NCBI GenBank assembly: GCA_030390025.1
Contig: CM059432.1
Span: 26,166,001-26,230,000 of the forward strand
DNA from: Squalus acanthias
Taxonomy: Eukaryota
Reading direction: 5' to 3'
Length of the DNA: 64,000 bases
The notes under the pieces: generated by a model
Told to the model about the DNA's origin: nothing
Databases searched by the model: none
The model's input: the letters and a program-made list of their open reading frames with translations, nothing else
Shown here: piece by piece, positions 1 to 14,139 of the stretch
Position numbering within the stretch: position 1 is the first letter of the stretch
Layout of the letters: every line of letters begins with the position of its first letter
Position numbers and translations under genes: made by a program

Positions 1-745
1 ATAGTGTAATTTAGTTTATATTGTCTCTCCTCATTCTTCCTACCAAAATGTAACACTTCACATTTCTCTGCATTAAATATGCGTCTTCCCAGTTCACCAG
101 TCTGTCTATATTCTCCTGAAGTCTGTTACTAGCATCCTCATTATTTACTACATTTCTGCGTTTCATGTCGTCTGCAAACTTTGAAATTATGCCGTGTACC
201 CAAGTTCAGGTCGTAAATATATAACCAAAAAGAGCAGTGGTCCTTATTCCGACCCCCTCCAATCTGAAAAACAACCACGCACCACTACTCTCTGCTTTCT
301 GTCCCTTAAGCAATTTTGTATTCACACTGCCACTGTCCCTTTAATCCTATGGGCTTTCATTTTGCTAACAAGTCTATAATGTGGTACTTTGTCAAACACC
401 TTTTGAAAGTCCACATACACAACATCAACTGCACTATCCTCATCAATCCTCTCCATCACTTCAAAGAACTCAATCAAGTTAGTCAAACATGATTTGCCTT
501 TAACAAATCCGTGCTGACTTTCATTTATTAGCCCATACTTTCCCAAATGCCAATTAATTTTTGTCCAGGATTAGTGTCTCTAAAAGTTTCCCCACCACTG
601 ACGTTAGGCTGACTGGCCTGTAGTTGCTGGGTTTATCCCTCTCCTTTTTTTAAACAGGGGTGTAAGATTTGCAATCCTCTAGTCCTCTGGAACCACCCCC
701 ATATCTAAGGAGGATTAGAAGTTTGTGGCCAGAGCCGCCACAATT
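1..745 (-). mobile_element. CR1 (HER1-like) LINE ORF2 fragment
   Basis: ORF 322-546: SQHGFVKGKSCLTNLIEFF..VDVVYVDFQKVFDKVPH, typical CR1 reverse transcriptase motifs. Confidence 0.9.
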
Positions 746-825
746 TCCACCCTTACTCCCTCATTCATTCCAACTCATTGAATTGTGTGCATTAAAACAA
801 TAGCTCAAAATCATATTAAGCAAAA

Positions 826-1690
826 ACATAGGATCACGAATAGGGTATTCTGCCCCTCGAGCATGTTCTGCCATTCAACTAGATCATGAGTGATCTGTAC
901 CTCAACCCCTTTTGCCCATCTTTGTTCCATATCCCTTGATACGCATACTTAACAAAAATCTATTGATCTTGAAATTTTAAATTGACCCAGCATCCACAGC
1001 AATTTCGGGGACAGAGTTCCAGATATCTACCACATTTTGTGTGAAGAAGTGCGTTCTGATTTCACTCCTGAATGACATGATTCTAATTGACAATTATGCT
1101 CCCTTGTTCTGGAATCCCCACCAGAGGAAATAGTTTCTCTGTATCTAACTTATTGAATCCCTTTATCATTTAAATATCCTCAATCCTCGATATTCAAGAG
1201 AATACAAGAGCCCTGGGATCATTCTGATGAATCTGCACTGCACCCCCTCCAAGGCCAATATATCCTTCCTGAGATGCAGTGTCCAAACTGAACACAGTAT
1301 TCCAGATGGGGTCTGACCAAGGCTCTATACAACTGAAGCATAACTTCCTCCCCTTTGTATTCCGGCCCCCTTGAGATAAAAGCCAACGTTCCATTATCCT
1401 TTCTGATTGCTTTTTGTACCTGTCCACTAGCTTTTAGAGATTTGTGTACATGAACACTCAAATCTCTTTGCTCCTCCACATTCCTAGTTTCTCACCATTT
1501 GGAAAATTTGTCTTTCTGGGATCCAAAGTGCATGACCTCACACTTCCCTACATTGAACTCCATCTGCCATTGTTTTGCCCGCTCACTTAATCTATGTCCC
1601 TTTGTAACTTCCTGCTGCCATGTGCACTACTTACTGTACCTCACAACTTAGTACCATCTGCAAACTTTGATATACAACTCTATTCCTAAC
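826..1690 (-). mobile_element. CR1 LINE 3' fragment
   Basis: ORF 1219-1479: EEQRDLSVHVHKSLK..LYRALVRPHLEYCVQF, followed by a CR1-type 3' UTR. Confidence 0.88.
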
Positions 1691-2474
1691 TACTAATGCT
1701 GTGATCAATAGCGCTGCCTAGTAGGTGTCAGCAAGAGTTTGGAGTAAACCAACTGCCCATTCTTTTAGCAGCTAAGCTGTTATGTTCAGACTGACAGAAG
1801 ATAATACCAGTTGGGAACAAGAAATGCCACAAAGTATACTCCGAATGTTGCAAAAAGTTTACTTAAACCCAAATCTTCACTCGTCCTCCTCCAAGAGAAA
1901 AAAATCAGCATATGTAAACTTTGGCACTACAATGCAATTAGCTGTTGTAGGTTTGTGCCTTTTTCACTACACTGAACATGAGAAAAAACCACACACAACA
2001 CAGTTAGATAAATTGAGAATCCAGGACAACAACCTGCCCATGCCTTTATGTCAAGCCACCATTTAGTGTGTGTTTTTGGGGGTATTCCCAGGCAACGCTG
2101 GGAATTTCAGCAGAAACGCCCTCAATTAGCAGCCACAGGTCCCACTCTAAGCCTAGTCAAGTCTCCAACAGTGCATAACAAAATGCTAACTGATCCCAGA
2201 GGGATTGATTATCATTACTAATGGCCTCTATGCTCGCTCAAAGGAAAGAAAAAATATTTACCGTTTTCTTCAGTCCAATCGGATCCTCTGTCTCCCCCTC
2301 TCAGAGCTTCTGATATATGTCCATGGGACATTTGCCCCTGGTGCGCTGCCACCGACACGAGCACCTACCCCATTATTTAAATGGCCAAAACCCTAGGATC
2401 TAGGATAGGGTAAATGGCAGATAAAAGCAGCAGGAGAAAGCTCCACCCTGCTGCACTTCCAGCTCGTAATTAAT

Positions 2475-2716
2475 GCTGCACTATTGGAGGTGCCGTTGTT
2501 CAGAAAAGATGATAATCGAGGCCCCGTCCACCAATTCGGGTGGACGTAAAAGATTCTACGGCACTAATTGAAGAGCATTCTCCTTGGTGTCTTGGCCAAT
2601 ATTTATTCCTCAACCAACATCACTGAAACAGATTTCCTGCTCATTATCACATTGATGTTTCTGGGACCTTGCTGTGCGCAAATTGGCAGCTGCGTTTCCT
2701 ACATTACAACAGTGAT
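2475..2716 (+). mobile_element. Deu-domain tRNA SINE (SacSINE1/AmnSINE1-related) fragment
   Basis: gctgcact..ggaggtgccg..gaggccccgtc..ggtggacgtaaaagat..ggccaatatttat core, shared with other copies in the window. Confidence 0.8.
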
Positions 2717-3745
2717 GCCATGACTTCTGCACCTTACGTAGGCCCCACCTTCTTTTAGCAGGAGCTTCGTCCAAGGTCTGAATCACCGCCATTAATATTA
2801 TGGTGGCCGGGAACATGGTGGATTGGAGGCAGGATTTTGAACTTCATGATTTTAACCACTGAGCCCACCCTTTCCTGCCCGTCGGGGGAGAGGAGGGTTT
2901 AAAATCGAGGCTACAGTGTCTAAACTCAAATGACTTAACACAAACTGCTACTTTTTTCTCTTACAGTTTAGAAAGTCACCCAAGTCCCAAGAATGAAATA
3001 TACTGATTTTAAATTCACTCAAAGGTACCCACTATGCTCCAGTACACTTAAAATGACCATGCAGTTGTAGTTCCCTCTTCAGCAGTCAGATTCAGTGGTG
3101 TTATACAACTTCCCCACTATTACATAACCACAAAATGCTGGCTTTGGTTGCTTACACTAACACGAGGTTTTCAAAATGCTATTCCAAAGGTACAGACACA
3201 TATCACATATTTCACTTTTGTAAAGTGTAGGCTTTGATTTGTTGCCATGTACAGTGCAGCCCTGAGCTTACTATAGGGGTTTCAATTAGTTTAGAGAGTG
3301 TGTTGCAGTAAGAATTAGCCAGTGACACCCACATTCCAAGAATTAAAAAAATAACAGTATGAAACTTATTTAATATCTGCAAGTCCCATCCCCTTTGAGA
3401 AACAGAAATATATAATGTGGTGCCATGGCATGTCTGTGTAAAACAACAGATAAAGCAGAGGTTTTCAAACCTTTTATGTGGGAATCCTTGCAAATACTGA
3501 AACACTCCTAGGCACACCTCCAAATACTGAAACATTCCTGGGGTTTCCCTGTCCTAACTTCTGAAAGACAAAGTTAGCTACCCAAAGGAAATAGTTTTTT
3601 GTTGTTACATAGCAACAGAATTAACATGTTACTGAAGTGAAAAATGTATTGATGTTCGTGAAGCCACATATAGTCAGATAATTCAGGGTATAACCTTAGC
3701 ACCACTGAACAGTTGAACTGGTGTGCAAAAAGCTGTCCAGGACAC

Positions 3746-4425
3746 TTTTTATGTGGTATGTGGGCGTCGCTGGGAAAGCCAGCATTTATTATCCATCCCT
3801 AATTGCCCTTGAGCAGGTGGTGCCGAGTCGCCTTCTTGAACCGCTGCAGTCCGTGTGGTGAAGGTACTCCCACAGTGCTGTTAGGCAGGGAATTCCAGGA
3901 TTTTCACCCAGTGATGATGAAGGAACGGCGATATATTTCCAAGTCAGGATGGTGTGTGACTTGGAGGGTAAGTTGCAGGTGGTGGTGTTCCCATGCGCTT
4001 GCTGCCCTTGTCCTTCTAGGTGGTAGAGGTCGCGGGTTTGGGAGGTGCTGTCAAAGAAGCCTTGGTGAGTTGCTGCAGTGCATCTTGTAGATGATACACA
4101 TTGAAGACACTGTGCACTGGTGGTGGAGAGAGTGACTGGTTAAGGTGATGGATGGGGTGCCAATCAAGCGGGCTGCTTTGTCCTGGATGGTGTTGAGCTT
4201 CTTGAGTGTTGTTGGAGCTGCACTCATCCAGGCAAGTGGAGAGTATTACATCACACTCCTGACTTGTGCCTTGCAGATGTTGGAAAGACTTTGGGGAGTC
4301 AGAAGGTGAGACACTCGCCTTAAAATACCCAGTCTCTGGTCCAGGTAAGTTTCTGGTCAATGGTGACCCCCCAGGATGTTGATGGTGGGGGATTTGACAA
4401 TGGTAATGCCACTGAATGTCAAGGG
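3746..4425 (-). mobile_element. CR1-group LINE (family B) 3' fragment with internal deletion
   Basis: Near-identical to the 3' parts of 20205-22413 and 31342-32743. Confidence 0.88.
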
Positions 4426-4597
4426 GAATGCCAAACCAGGGATGCTGAGACCAAATGTAGCATCCCTAACTGCTACCCTGCAAAGCTAACTCACACTATG
4501 AATCAAACTCAAGTCATTTTGGAGCTTATCGTCTCTAAATGTTCAGTGTAATTCAAAAATATGAATGCTTATGAATGTACTCAATCCAGTTCCTTAC

Positions 4598-4716
4598 CTT
4601 GGGGAATTGCTTTACAGGAATTAACACTTTTTGAGCCAACTTCATGTTTTTGTTACTGACCACATCCACAAACTTCTCTTCATCACTTCCCTCTCCTGCC
4701 TCTAACTTGGTTATCT
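4598..4716 (-). CDS. KHDRBS3: KH domain-containing RNA-binding signal transduction-associated protein 3 (STAR family), internal coding exon (exon 2)
   Basis: Translates (E)[39 protein letters not shown], closely matching recalled human KHDRBS3 [40 protein letters not shown]. Polypyrimidine+CAG acceptor at 4717-4718, AAG|GTAAGG donor at 4597-4596, 119 nt, phase 1/0. Confidence 0.93.
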
Positions 4717-5020
4717 CTGCAAAGAAAAAACAAACATGGGAGATCATTATAGGCATGTACTCAAACTTTTGACTGACATAAAAGCTGTTCAACCTCTGTA
4801 CATACACAAATAATACATTAAATGAAAAAAATAAATAGCACCTGAATCAACTCAACTCAACTCTGTTGATTCGCTGTAAAGTTTCTATGCAAAATGAGTT
4901 TGTGCAACTTTAATCCAGCTTCTAGTAACACGTGCTGACTGGACAAACTGGCTCTAATATGTCAGTAAATTGGCAATCTCCCGCAGAGAGGTCATAGAGT
5001 GTGCAAATTAACACACCGAT

Positions 5021-5740
5021 ACAACAACAATTTCATTTACATAGCACCTTTAACATAGAAAAATATCACAAGGTGCTTCAGAAGTGTAATCAAAAATAAA
5101 ATGGGCACTGAGCCAAAGGAAATATTTGCCAAAGAGTTGGGTTTTAAAGAGGGTCTTAAAGGAGGCGAGGGAGATTGAGAGGCAATGGATTTAGGGAGGG
5201 AATTCCAGAGCAAGGAGCGCTTACCACTGAAGGCATGGCCGCCAATGGTGGATGCAGAAGAGGCCAGAGTCAGAGCAAGAGAGAGATCAGGACTTGGGTT
5301 GGGAGTGGGAAGGTTACAGGGATAGGGAGGGGTGAGGATTTAAATACAAACATGAAAATTATAAATTGGCGGACCAGGAGTCAATGGAGATCAGCGAGGA
5401 CAGGGTGATAGTTGAGGGCGACTTGACATGAGATACGATTTGGGCAGCAGAGTTTTGGATGAGTTGAAGTTTACAGAGGATGGAGGATGTGGGGCTGGCC
5501 AGGAAAAAACTAGAATAGTCGTGTCTGGGAAGAGAAGCCACTGTTGGAGATGCTCTGGCTACGACCAGATAGGTAAAAGTGGAATCAAGCAAGGTAAGTC
5601 CCACCAAGCTGGTTAATGGAGGAGAGACATTTGAGAAGAATGGTGTGGTCGACTGTATTAAAGGCTACGAACCAGTCAAGGAGGACAAAGAACATAGTTA
5701 CAGGAGGAGGCCATTCAGGAAAGATAATGTACCAAGGTCA
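5021..5740 (-). mobile_element. L2 LINE 3' fragment (degenerate)
   Basis: L2-type tail (acaacaac..catttacatagcacctttaac) and the KLQLIQNSAA motif in ORF 5359-5607. Confidence 0.75.
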
Positions 5741-6272
5741 CAGTGACTAGTCATACATGCCAATCATAATATTTTGTTAGCCAGTTGTGTTGTTTCTCAC
5801 CCAACCACTGACAGTAATGTTTCAATTTAACACTTGCCAGACCAAAGAGACGGAAAACATTACCCCAAAAAGCTGCTGTTGAATTAGCAAATTACCACTG
5901 GCTGTGATCTCTGCTGTGCCTTTTTCAAACACTTGTGATATATCTGTTTTGTCCAGCACCCCCGACTGATGTTTACATGTGGTTTGTGATAACTGCACTG
6001 ACTCTTCTGTCAGAAACTAATCTTGTGTTTGCCTTCAAGGCCACTGTGCACTGTTCAAGAAGCACATAATACACTCTTCAGACAATGTCAGGACACTGAA
6101 ACTAAGAAAGTATGTAAACAAAATTGAAGTGCGCTGTAAACACAACTTAATCCACACAGATTCTACCACCCTGCAATCTGCAAAAACCCTTATAACTACC
6201 CTTATGAAGTGACATTTCCTGCAAATTATTTAATCCAAGGATTACAAATGGATTGACTGAATTTAATTCATT

Positions 6273-6490
6273 ACAACAACAACTTATATTTATATAGCGC
6301 CTTTAACGCAGTAAAATGTCCCAAGGCACTTCACAGGAGCGTTATAAAACAAAATTTGACACAGAGCCACAAAAGGAGCTAATAGGGCAGATAAGAGGTA
6401 GGGTTAAAGGAGCGTCTTAAAAGGAGGAAAGAGAAGTAGAGAGACGGAGAGGTTTATGGAGGGAGTTCCAGAGCTAAGGGCCTTGGCCCT
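6273..6490 (-). mobile_element. L2 LINE 3' end
   Basis: aacaacaacttatatttatatagcgcctttaac..cccaaggcacttcacagg tail, shared with the copies at 34995 and 59970. Confidence 0.8.
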
Positions 6491-6815
6491 AAGAGTAAAG
6501 TGCATCAGGTTAATCCTAGGTAGTGGTAACAGAAATTCCACGTGTCCTCTAAATAGAAGTGCATTTTACGTAGCTTTTTAGAGTAACATATCTGCATTTC
6601 TCCCAATGGTATTTAAATGAAAGTGTAGATGGTTCATATTCTACCTAGTTCCACGCATTTCTAGGTTGGGTCAGATACAGTTACTAAATCTATGCCTGTA
6701 CCACATACTGTTAGGGAAACAGGATTAGTCTGAAGACTTTAAGGAACATGCAACTACAGGGACCTCACTTTACTCAGTAAATAGTGCAGCCCTAGAAAGA
6801 TACAAGAAAATAATT

Positions 6816-7549
6816 GGTCAAATCTTGCTAGAGGTATGTTGTGCGTCCTTCAGCTCAAAAAACATTTGCAGCGTAACTTGCTGTAAGTGCGAGCTAATAA
6901 TGGCAAGGGCAACGGGGCACCTGGGACCTTAGTGAATGGCGGGACGAGCAGTCTATCTCCTTAGCCAATAAGATTTAAGGATTGAGAAAGTAACAGAGAA
7001 ACGACGGAGAAGGAGGGTGAAGAGTGGGTGAATTAGAGTCAAATCAGGTACAGAAACAGAAATAAAGAGAGAGAAAGAAAGATTGGATTAAGAGAGAGAA
7101 AAAAAGAGACAGAAAGGAAAAGTAAGAAAAAAAATTAAAATTACATTTTTAAAAACTCTCTAAGAATAATTTACTACATGCAGGAGTGAGACTGAACAGT
7201 TTAAATTGTTCCCTTTCTGGGCCAGAGAGGTTGACTGGTAATGCATCAACAATTATCACATTGTTAAAAAGGTACTTATATGCTTAATTACCAGCTGTAA
7301 CCTTCTGTGGCGAGTTTAAATGGACAATTAATGTACAAATCCAGCAAGTTCTTGAAAACAACGAGGAGGCTAAGGGCGAGATGCCGTTTGTTCAAACCCA
7401 ACAGTGGAGCGGCATAAATCAGGCAGGAAATTCAGGAAATTCACAACTCACGCCATATCTCTTAACCCCCTGAATTTTCTGGCTGATTTGCGCATTAATA
7501 ACGACATGTGTCGTTAACATGCCATTATTTTTCCTATAAGATTTGGTCC
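6816..7549. mobile_element. Probable Harbinger-type MITE (old)
   Basis: Imperfect TIRs ggtcaaatctt / rc ggaccaaatctt, flanked by ATT on both sides, no ORF. Confidence 0.55.
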
Positions 7550-9673
7550 ATTATGAAACTGAAAAAGCTAACTGAAAAGAGATAATAAAATGAAATCCAG
7601 CAGATTGAGCAATAGAGTTGCAGCATTATCAATTTTACCAATTAAGTCATACTACTCTTATTAAAATTCTTAGGAAATTCTGACGTGAGATTTAAGCAAT
7701 AACGTTTTCAAAATGACACAAGGTAATGAGAGCATGTCTACTCAAATGCATTAATATTGTTTTATCATATGTGGCTAAAAGCCATCTACTTCTGTTAAAA
7801 TAATTAATAGCCATTCAGGATTCAAAATCATTATAAATTCACAGACTTATTGAAACTTGGCAAGCAGCTTATTAATTCCTTATACTATTATGCCACAAAT
7901 GTTGGACACTGGATTTCTGCCAGAGTAACATGAATCACAATTAGATTGCAGATGCTATGATAAATTTATTAGAGTTCATTGTGCTTGAGAGGTTTCAATG
8001 AGTTAAAGCATTCTAAATATACAAGCAAGCATTATCAACATTTAAGAGGAAGATGTTAGAGTATATAGAGAAAGAAGAAGCAAATGGGATTAGAATGTAC
8101 CCTTATTTTGGATTGGCTCACTCAATACACTTTTCCCCATTTACCTTGAGGGGAAAAAGGCCTCAAAGGCCAACTATGAATGAAATTTATGCTCACACTA
8201 ATTAGACTAATATATATTGTGGACTAATAGTGAAAGGATGGTACTCATTATAGCCCCAGGGTTACTAGTTACTCGACACTTTAAGCCACTAAGTAGAAGG
8301 GTGATTAATTTCACTGGTTGTACCAGGAATGGCGAATACAGCTACTTGTGAACAATTTTGTCCAGTTTTTTCGTCAGTTCAATACATAACACATCGTTCA
8401 CAATTAGTGTAGTAAATTATGCTGAATATTCTACATAAATTATATTATATATTAAACACACAATTAGGTCACAACATCTATTTGAAAATGCATTACATCC
8501 TACTAACTTAATGGGAAAGTGCATTATAAAAGTGTCAACGTTTATCTGCAGTGCCCATCACGCTTGTAGGTGATGGTTATTTGAAATTACAATGTTAAAT
8601 GCCTGTCACATAATGTTAGGGCAAACCACACAACTGGCACTGTGCTTTCACACTGGGACTCCCCATCCAGCTGCGTTAATATGATCTTAAAGCAAGCTGT
8701 TCTGTCAAGTGTACCACAAGTTAAAAAGAAGTTCCACAATAACAGGCCTGAACATGAACTGCTGACAGCAATTGTCAAAATAGCACTTATTTTGATGATC
8801 TGTACCTTGCATCTGGTCATAGTGTAATAAACAGCATTCCACTGTCGATCCTGACCAAAATACTTTAATTCTGTAAAGTAAAACGCTATTATTTTAAGTA
8901 GCATCCCTCCATATTAATAATGTCCTAGTCCATGGATGATGTAGTACAGTTCCACTGATCTAGCAAACAGGAAGAACTAACCATCTGTTTCCCATTCCTT
9001 GATTCCACAAAAAATTCCCTTGCCCCCGTAAAGGGTGAATTTCACAGCCAGTGGTAATGGCTAAGCAGCTCCCTGAACGCACTGCCTCCCACTCACCTTG
9101 AAGTCTGGTCTAGGAATATACAGAACACACTAGAGGTCATCCAGTTCAGGTCACATGGTGAGAACCGCGTACGAGAGCCACTGAAGCCTGGAAGGTATTC
9201 AAGGGAGACCTGGATTTGTAACAGCTATCTTTCCAGCATGGGCCTCAGAGCCTTTCAACACAGTTATTTGATAACGTCCATCTTTTAAAAATGTAAACAT
9301 GTTGTTAATACCCCATTAAAAAACAGATCAGTTTGTAAACATTATCCACTTTGCTGTATTCAATGGGTAAGATGCCTATTTAAAATTCTCAGATCCACAG
9401 ATAAAAGTTCAGTTGCTGCATACTGATGCATTTGCTTCCGCATTAAAAAGAAACCCACAGTACAACAATTATCAGTCAACCACAAGAAAATTTAATAAAG
9501 CATTTACCACAACCAGAGTTGGGAAGTCTGTAAAGGAAATAAGGCTAACATGAAATTTTCTCATACTATGCAGCGTAACATGCTCAGTGATACTGCTACA
9601 ATCACTTACATCTTCTCGCACACATTTCTTCTCACCCAATCATTGTTCCCTTCTCCATCCCTCAGTTTTCTAA

Positions 9674-10190
9674 AGACTCGCTTTTAACTCGGGGCATGAA
9701 TCAGGCGTTGGAAAGCTCCCACAATATCGTCGCTATAAGACCCAGGCGATTTTAAGTCCCGGGTCTCACTTTCATTTAACTGACAGGCTCCCGATCGCAT
9801 CAGGAATCGGGCAACCTGCCGCGGGCAATTCCTGGCATCCCAATGCCTATTTATAGTGGGGATACAGCTCTTAAAGCATCGCTTGCTTGGATATATGTTT
9901 GAACAATTCTGCAAGCTATCTTGAAATGGGTCGAAGATCTGTGCCCCACTCCCTCATCCCCACTTTTCTGATGTCTCCTTGAAGGTCCTAGTGGGCAGTC
10001 AGAGCAAGGAGGGAGGTACTTTTCCCCATTAGCCGCAGGAGCATCCATGGGCCCACATGTAGAGGCCTGGACAGAGGTGCCTCACCAGCATCACCCCGAG
10101 GACCTGCGTTCAATGTAGAGAGGGGTTCAATGACATCACAAGAGCAGCAAAGGTGAGTACAGCGTTCCACCTCGCTAACACCTGGCAACA
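9674..10190. mobile_element. Possible Harbinger-like terminal fragment
   Basis: GC/CpG-rich stretch starting agactcgcttttaac, resembling the gggc..atttt TIR class. No second TIR found. Confidence 0.35.
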
Positions 10191-10529
10191 TAGAAACAGG
10201 AGGAAGCCATTCAGCCCCTCAAGCCTGTTCTGTCATTTAATTAGATCACGGCTAATCTGTACCTCAACTCGATTTTAAGATCCTACAGCATGGAATATTT
10301 AGCTCCCAATCATGCCCAGCTTGTAGCCAGGTTTCTGTAATGGATACATCATACCCTTTAAGCTGAATGGTGCTTCTAACTCACTTGTTTTATTTCTTAT
10401 GCTACATACATTCGTGTATAGGCCTGCTGGTCTTTTTCACACATCTTTTTACAGTGTGGATTTTCCCTCCCTCCCCCTTTCCTCACTGCCCTATTTACCC
10501 TTTTTCGCATGCACACGGGTGCCTCTACA

Positions 10530-10775
10530 GTTTAGGTGAAAGCCATCCCGTCTGTACAGACTTCCCTGTCCCAGGAATCTGAAAACCTTCCTTCTAAACC
10601 ACCCTTCCAGCCATGCATTGACAATTCTAATCTTTCTCTCCCTGTCTGGTCTAGTGCGTGGCATTTGGAGTAATCAAGAATTACTACCCTGGAGGTTCTG
10701 CTCCTTAATCTAGAATTTAGCTCCTTGAATTCGCTGCAGAAACTTGAACCAACTCTTATCTATGTCATTTATTGA
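10530..10775 (-). mobile_element. CR1 ORF1 (esterase-like) remnant
   Basis: cccaggaatctgaa..ccagccatgcatt..gtggca..gagtaatc..attactaccctggaggttctgc matches recalled CR1 ORF1 antisense sequence. A CR1 tail lies at 10190-10275. Confidence 0.55.
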
Positions 10776-12859
10776 AGGGTGGAGCCTCTGCAAATGAACT
10801 TTAATACTGATAGCAGTAGAAGAAAATAAGCGTGGGTTAACAAGATTGAGACAAATGGAGGTGAGGTTACTCAGTTGAGAGAAAGTGTAAAAAGAGATGC
10901 TATAAAAAGATCGAAACACTATACAACACAACCAATCTGGCTAGAAGGTTTAACAGCTGCTTATTTTGAGAGTTACGTTTCTGACTGCAATTACAATTGA
11001 CTATTCAACATTATACTTCACATTTAACAATCACCTCTTTAACTTGCTATTAAGTTTTATGCAGCAATCTTAATTAAAGCTGTTGATCAATATTTCTCTA
11101 TTCCACAGTCTAAATAATATGGCTATTATAACAACTCTGATCTATAGCATGTCAGGAAAGTCACATTACCAGCAGACTTCCACTTAGGAGTGTTTTCTCC
11201 AGGCTATAGTATCCTTTACAATGTCTAAAACCCAAGGGAAATCTTTCCAATACACGGTTTATTCTTTTCTCCTCCTTACTGCCCTCATTAGAAGTTTTTA
11301 GTGTTGTTGTGCGGGACAAGGGGAGACAGAAGAAAAGAAACATCAGCAGCAATAGGTAGCCAACATGGCGATACCACCAACACATGGCAGCCACGAGCAA
11401 GCCACAAGCCATTGCTGGAACTGTCTATTTCTTTTACTATGAAGTCCTTCAATTCACTTGGGTTTAAAGCATACAACTCATAGCAGCCTCAGCATGTGAC
11501 CAACTTATAAATCTAAAGAGAAAATTACACTATAACACAATTCCTCAATATCTGTTATTCTTAATGTTATTGCTCAATAATTTTACAATTCTAGGCGTTC
11601 TTCAATGTAAAGGTCGTGTTTTTACAGTTCACTCGAACTGATTAATAGAGTGAAAGTGGGGATCACGGTGAATACAGTTTTGAATATAGAATAAAGAAAA
11701 AATATCTTTAAGCTGAACAAAATCACAAGATAAAAAGACATCACCATTTGTTTCACTGCAGATAATAACTCACATCATAAGGTACATCCCTCTCCATTCC
11801 AAAATAAATTCTTACTCCTTCATCATTCACTGTAGCTCTGAGCAAAATGGTTTGCTGCGATTCGAAGTTAAACCCAAATTTTTCTGGTTCCTAAGATTTT
11901 GTTTTATTCTTTTAATTTGAAAAAGCACATTATTTCAAAGCAGATTTCATTCCATTTTTGACTCGAATCCAGGAAAAAAAACTTTGCAGCCTTATTTTAA
12001 AGGGATGTGGAAAGGAAGTTTTTTCTTATGGGGAAAAGGAGAAGCAGAAGACCACAGCAGCTGAATAAGAAGGTCAAAAAGGCAAAGCATAAATATTTGA
12101 AAACAATGGATTGCTTCTAGGTTGAGGTGAGCCAAATGTGGATTTTAGGGTGTGCAGGTCCAGGTGGAGACGTGCAAGGTTTAGGGTAAGGATGGGTGCT
12201 TGGTGGAGTTTCGGAGCGTCCCTGTGGTGAGTTGGATATTGGGAAAGTGGGACTGATTTACAAAAGAATGAAAATTGTTTAAAAAGAAAAATTAAGGCTA
12301 GGAATGGAGTGCAGACAGACCTAAAACAGAGCGGTCTGGACTCCATAAACTGAGTTTGAGGTTTATGAATGGTCAGGTTTCATATCAACTTGCTGTAAAT
12401 GGAGTTGCAAGTTTGTCAACTGCTTGGCATTTTAGTTCCAGAAGCATATAATATTCAACTCAGAATTTACATTTAAGGAAAAACTATAAAAACTGCTTTC
12501 TCTCAGTAAAAGCCGAGGTAGGGAGTTTTGTCGTGTTCTCTATTGAGAGATTTTTTTATTGTAAAGCAAGTGGATGCAATTTTTTTGGTGGCATATGATG
12601 AGAAAAAAAATGAAATAGAGGTTCTGTACGACATGATTGGTAAATAAACAAATTAGAAAAGCACCAATTAGAAAGGAGAAAAACACAGCAGCTTAACAAA
12701 TTAAGTAGTAGCAAACGGACAGACATCATAATGACAATATACACAACAGACACAAAAAGATTTACTCTCACAGGGCAGTGTTTATGTGGAAGAGTACTCC
12801 AAGAAGAACAATAAATGCTGTGACAATTAATTTCTTGGAAGGTTGTAAGGATACTGGAG

Positions 12860-13271
12860 ATAATCAAGTTAGATTTGTCTTCATTAGAGCAAAGGAGGTT
12901 GCGGGGTGATTTGATAGAGGTGTACAAGATTATGACGGGTTTGGATAGGCTAGACGGGGAAAGGCTGTTCCCACTAGTTGATGGTACAAGGACTAGGGGA
13001 CACAGATTTAAGGTTTTGGGCAAGAGATACAGGGGGGATGTGAGGAAAAACTTTTTTTACGCAGCGAGTGGTGAGGACCTGGAACTCGCTGCCAACGGAA
13101 GTGGTGGAAGCAGACACACTCCATGTTTTCAAGGGGAGACTGGATAGGCACTTGAGGGAAATAAACTTGCAGGGCTACGGGTATAGAGCGGGGGAATGGG
13201 ACTGACTGGATTGCACTACAGAGAACCGGCACAAACTCGATGGGCCGAATGGCCTCCTTCTGTGCCGTTAT
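12860..13271 (+). mobile_element. CR1/HER1-like LINE 3' end (tail resumes at 14123-14136)
   Basis: SLEQRRLRGDLIEVYKIMTGLDRLD..RTRGH; 3' motif gggccgaatggcctccttctgtg..tatgactctatgac. Confidence 0.9.
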
Positions 13272-14122
13272 GACCAGCATTTTGCCGGCGCTTAGGGGGG
13301 CGGGACCTCCGGCAAAATCGCAAAGATTGACAGCAGGCAGAAAACCCGGTCAACCCACCTCCAATCAATCTTTCCAAGTGTTGGGTCCCCGATTTGCGCA
13401 TGGAGCCGACACCTAGCGGCGGGAAGAGTGTAATAGCCATTTAACTGCCTGTTAAAGGTCGTTAACAGCCAGTTAACAGACTCTTTCAATTTTGACACTA
13501 CTACTTCGGGCTTCCCGACGTCCGGACACCACGCCAGGTTAAGTGTGGCGTGTTGTGAGTCTGCTGTAATGTATCTGCATTGATGACAGCTGCAGAAGTG
13601 GTGTGAAGGATCCAATGGTGCACTGGTGAGTTTCAGAGGTAAGAAAATGTTGGGAAATTCATTTTTAATGCATTTAGACTTTTCTGTCGTTAACAAGTTT
13701 TGAATTGTATGTCTAGTCCCACCTCATTGGGAGAACCTCTCTCACCAGTGACAGATCTCTTCTGTAACCTCACCTGCAGCTGCCATCTGTTCTAGCCTAA
13801 GGAGGGAGTCACTGGAGAGCCTGGGTACAAGAGCTCACCTTTGTACAGTGATGACAGCACCTCAATGCTGTCAAACACTGAGAAATCAGCTGTCAAAAAA
13901 AAATTGTGCGTGGTCCCTTTAAGAAAACCGGCAGATGACGTGTCATCAAATGACGTCATCTGACCGGCTTCGTCTTAATTGGCTGGCAAGCCCGCAGGGC
14001 GAGCTTAACAAGGTCAATTGACGTAAAAGCACGTCTGTGGGTCGATGTAGTTGGGAGCGGGACTGGAACCTGGAAGCCACCTGATCTGCTCCCAAGCCGC
14101 ATCGATCGAGAAAATCGCGGCC
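13272..14122. mobile_element. Harbinger-type MITE inserted in a CR1 3' tail
   Basis: TIRs gaccagcatttt / rc ggccgcgatttt; TSD TAT (13269-71, 14123-25). Removing it restores the CR1 tail. Confidence 0.8.
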
Positions 14123-14139
14123 TATGACTCTATGACAAT

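Noticed and set aside
4553..4807. 84-aa ORF as a stand-alone gene
   Set aside because: Only 4598-4716 is bounded by splice sites; the flanks are intronic read-through.
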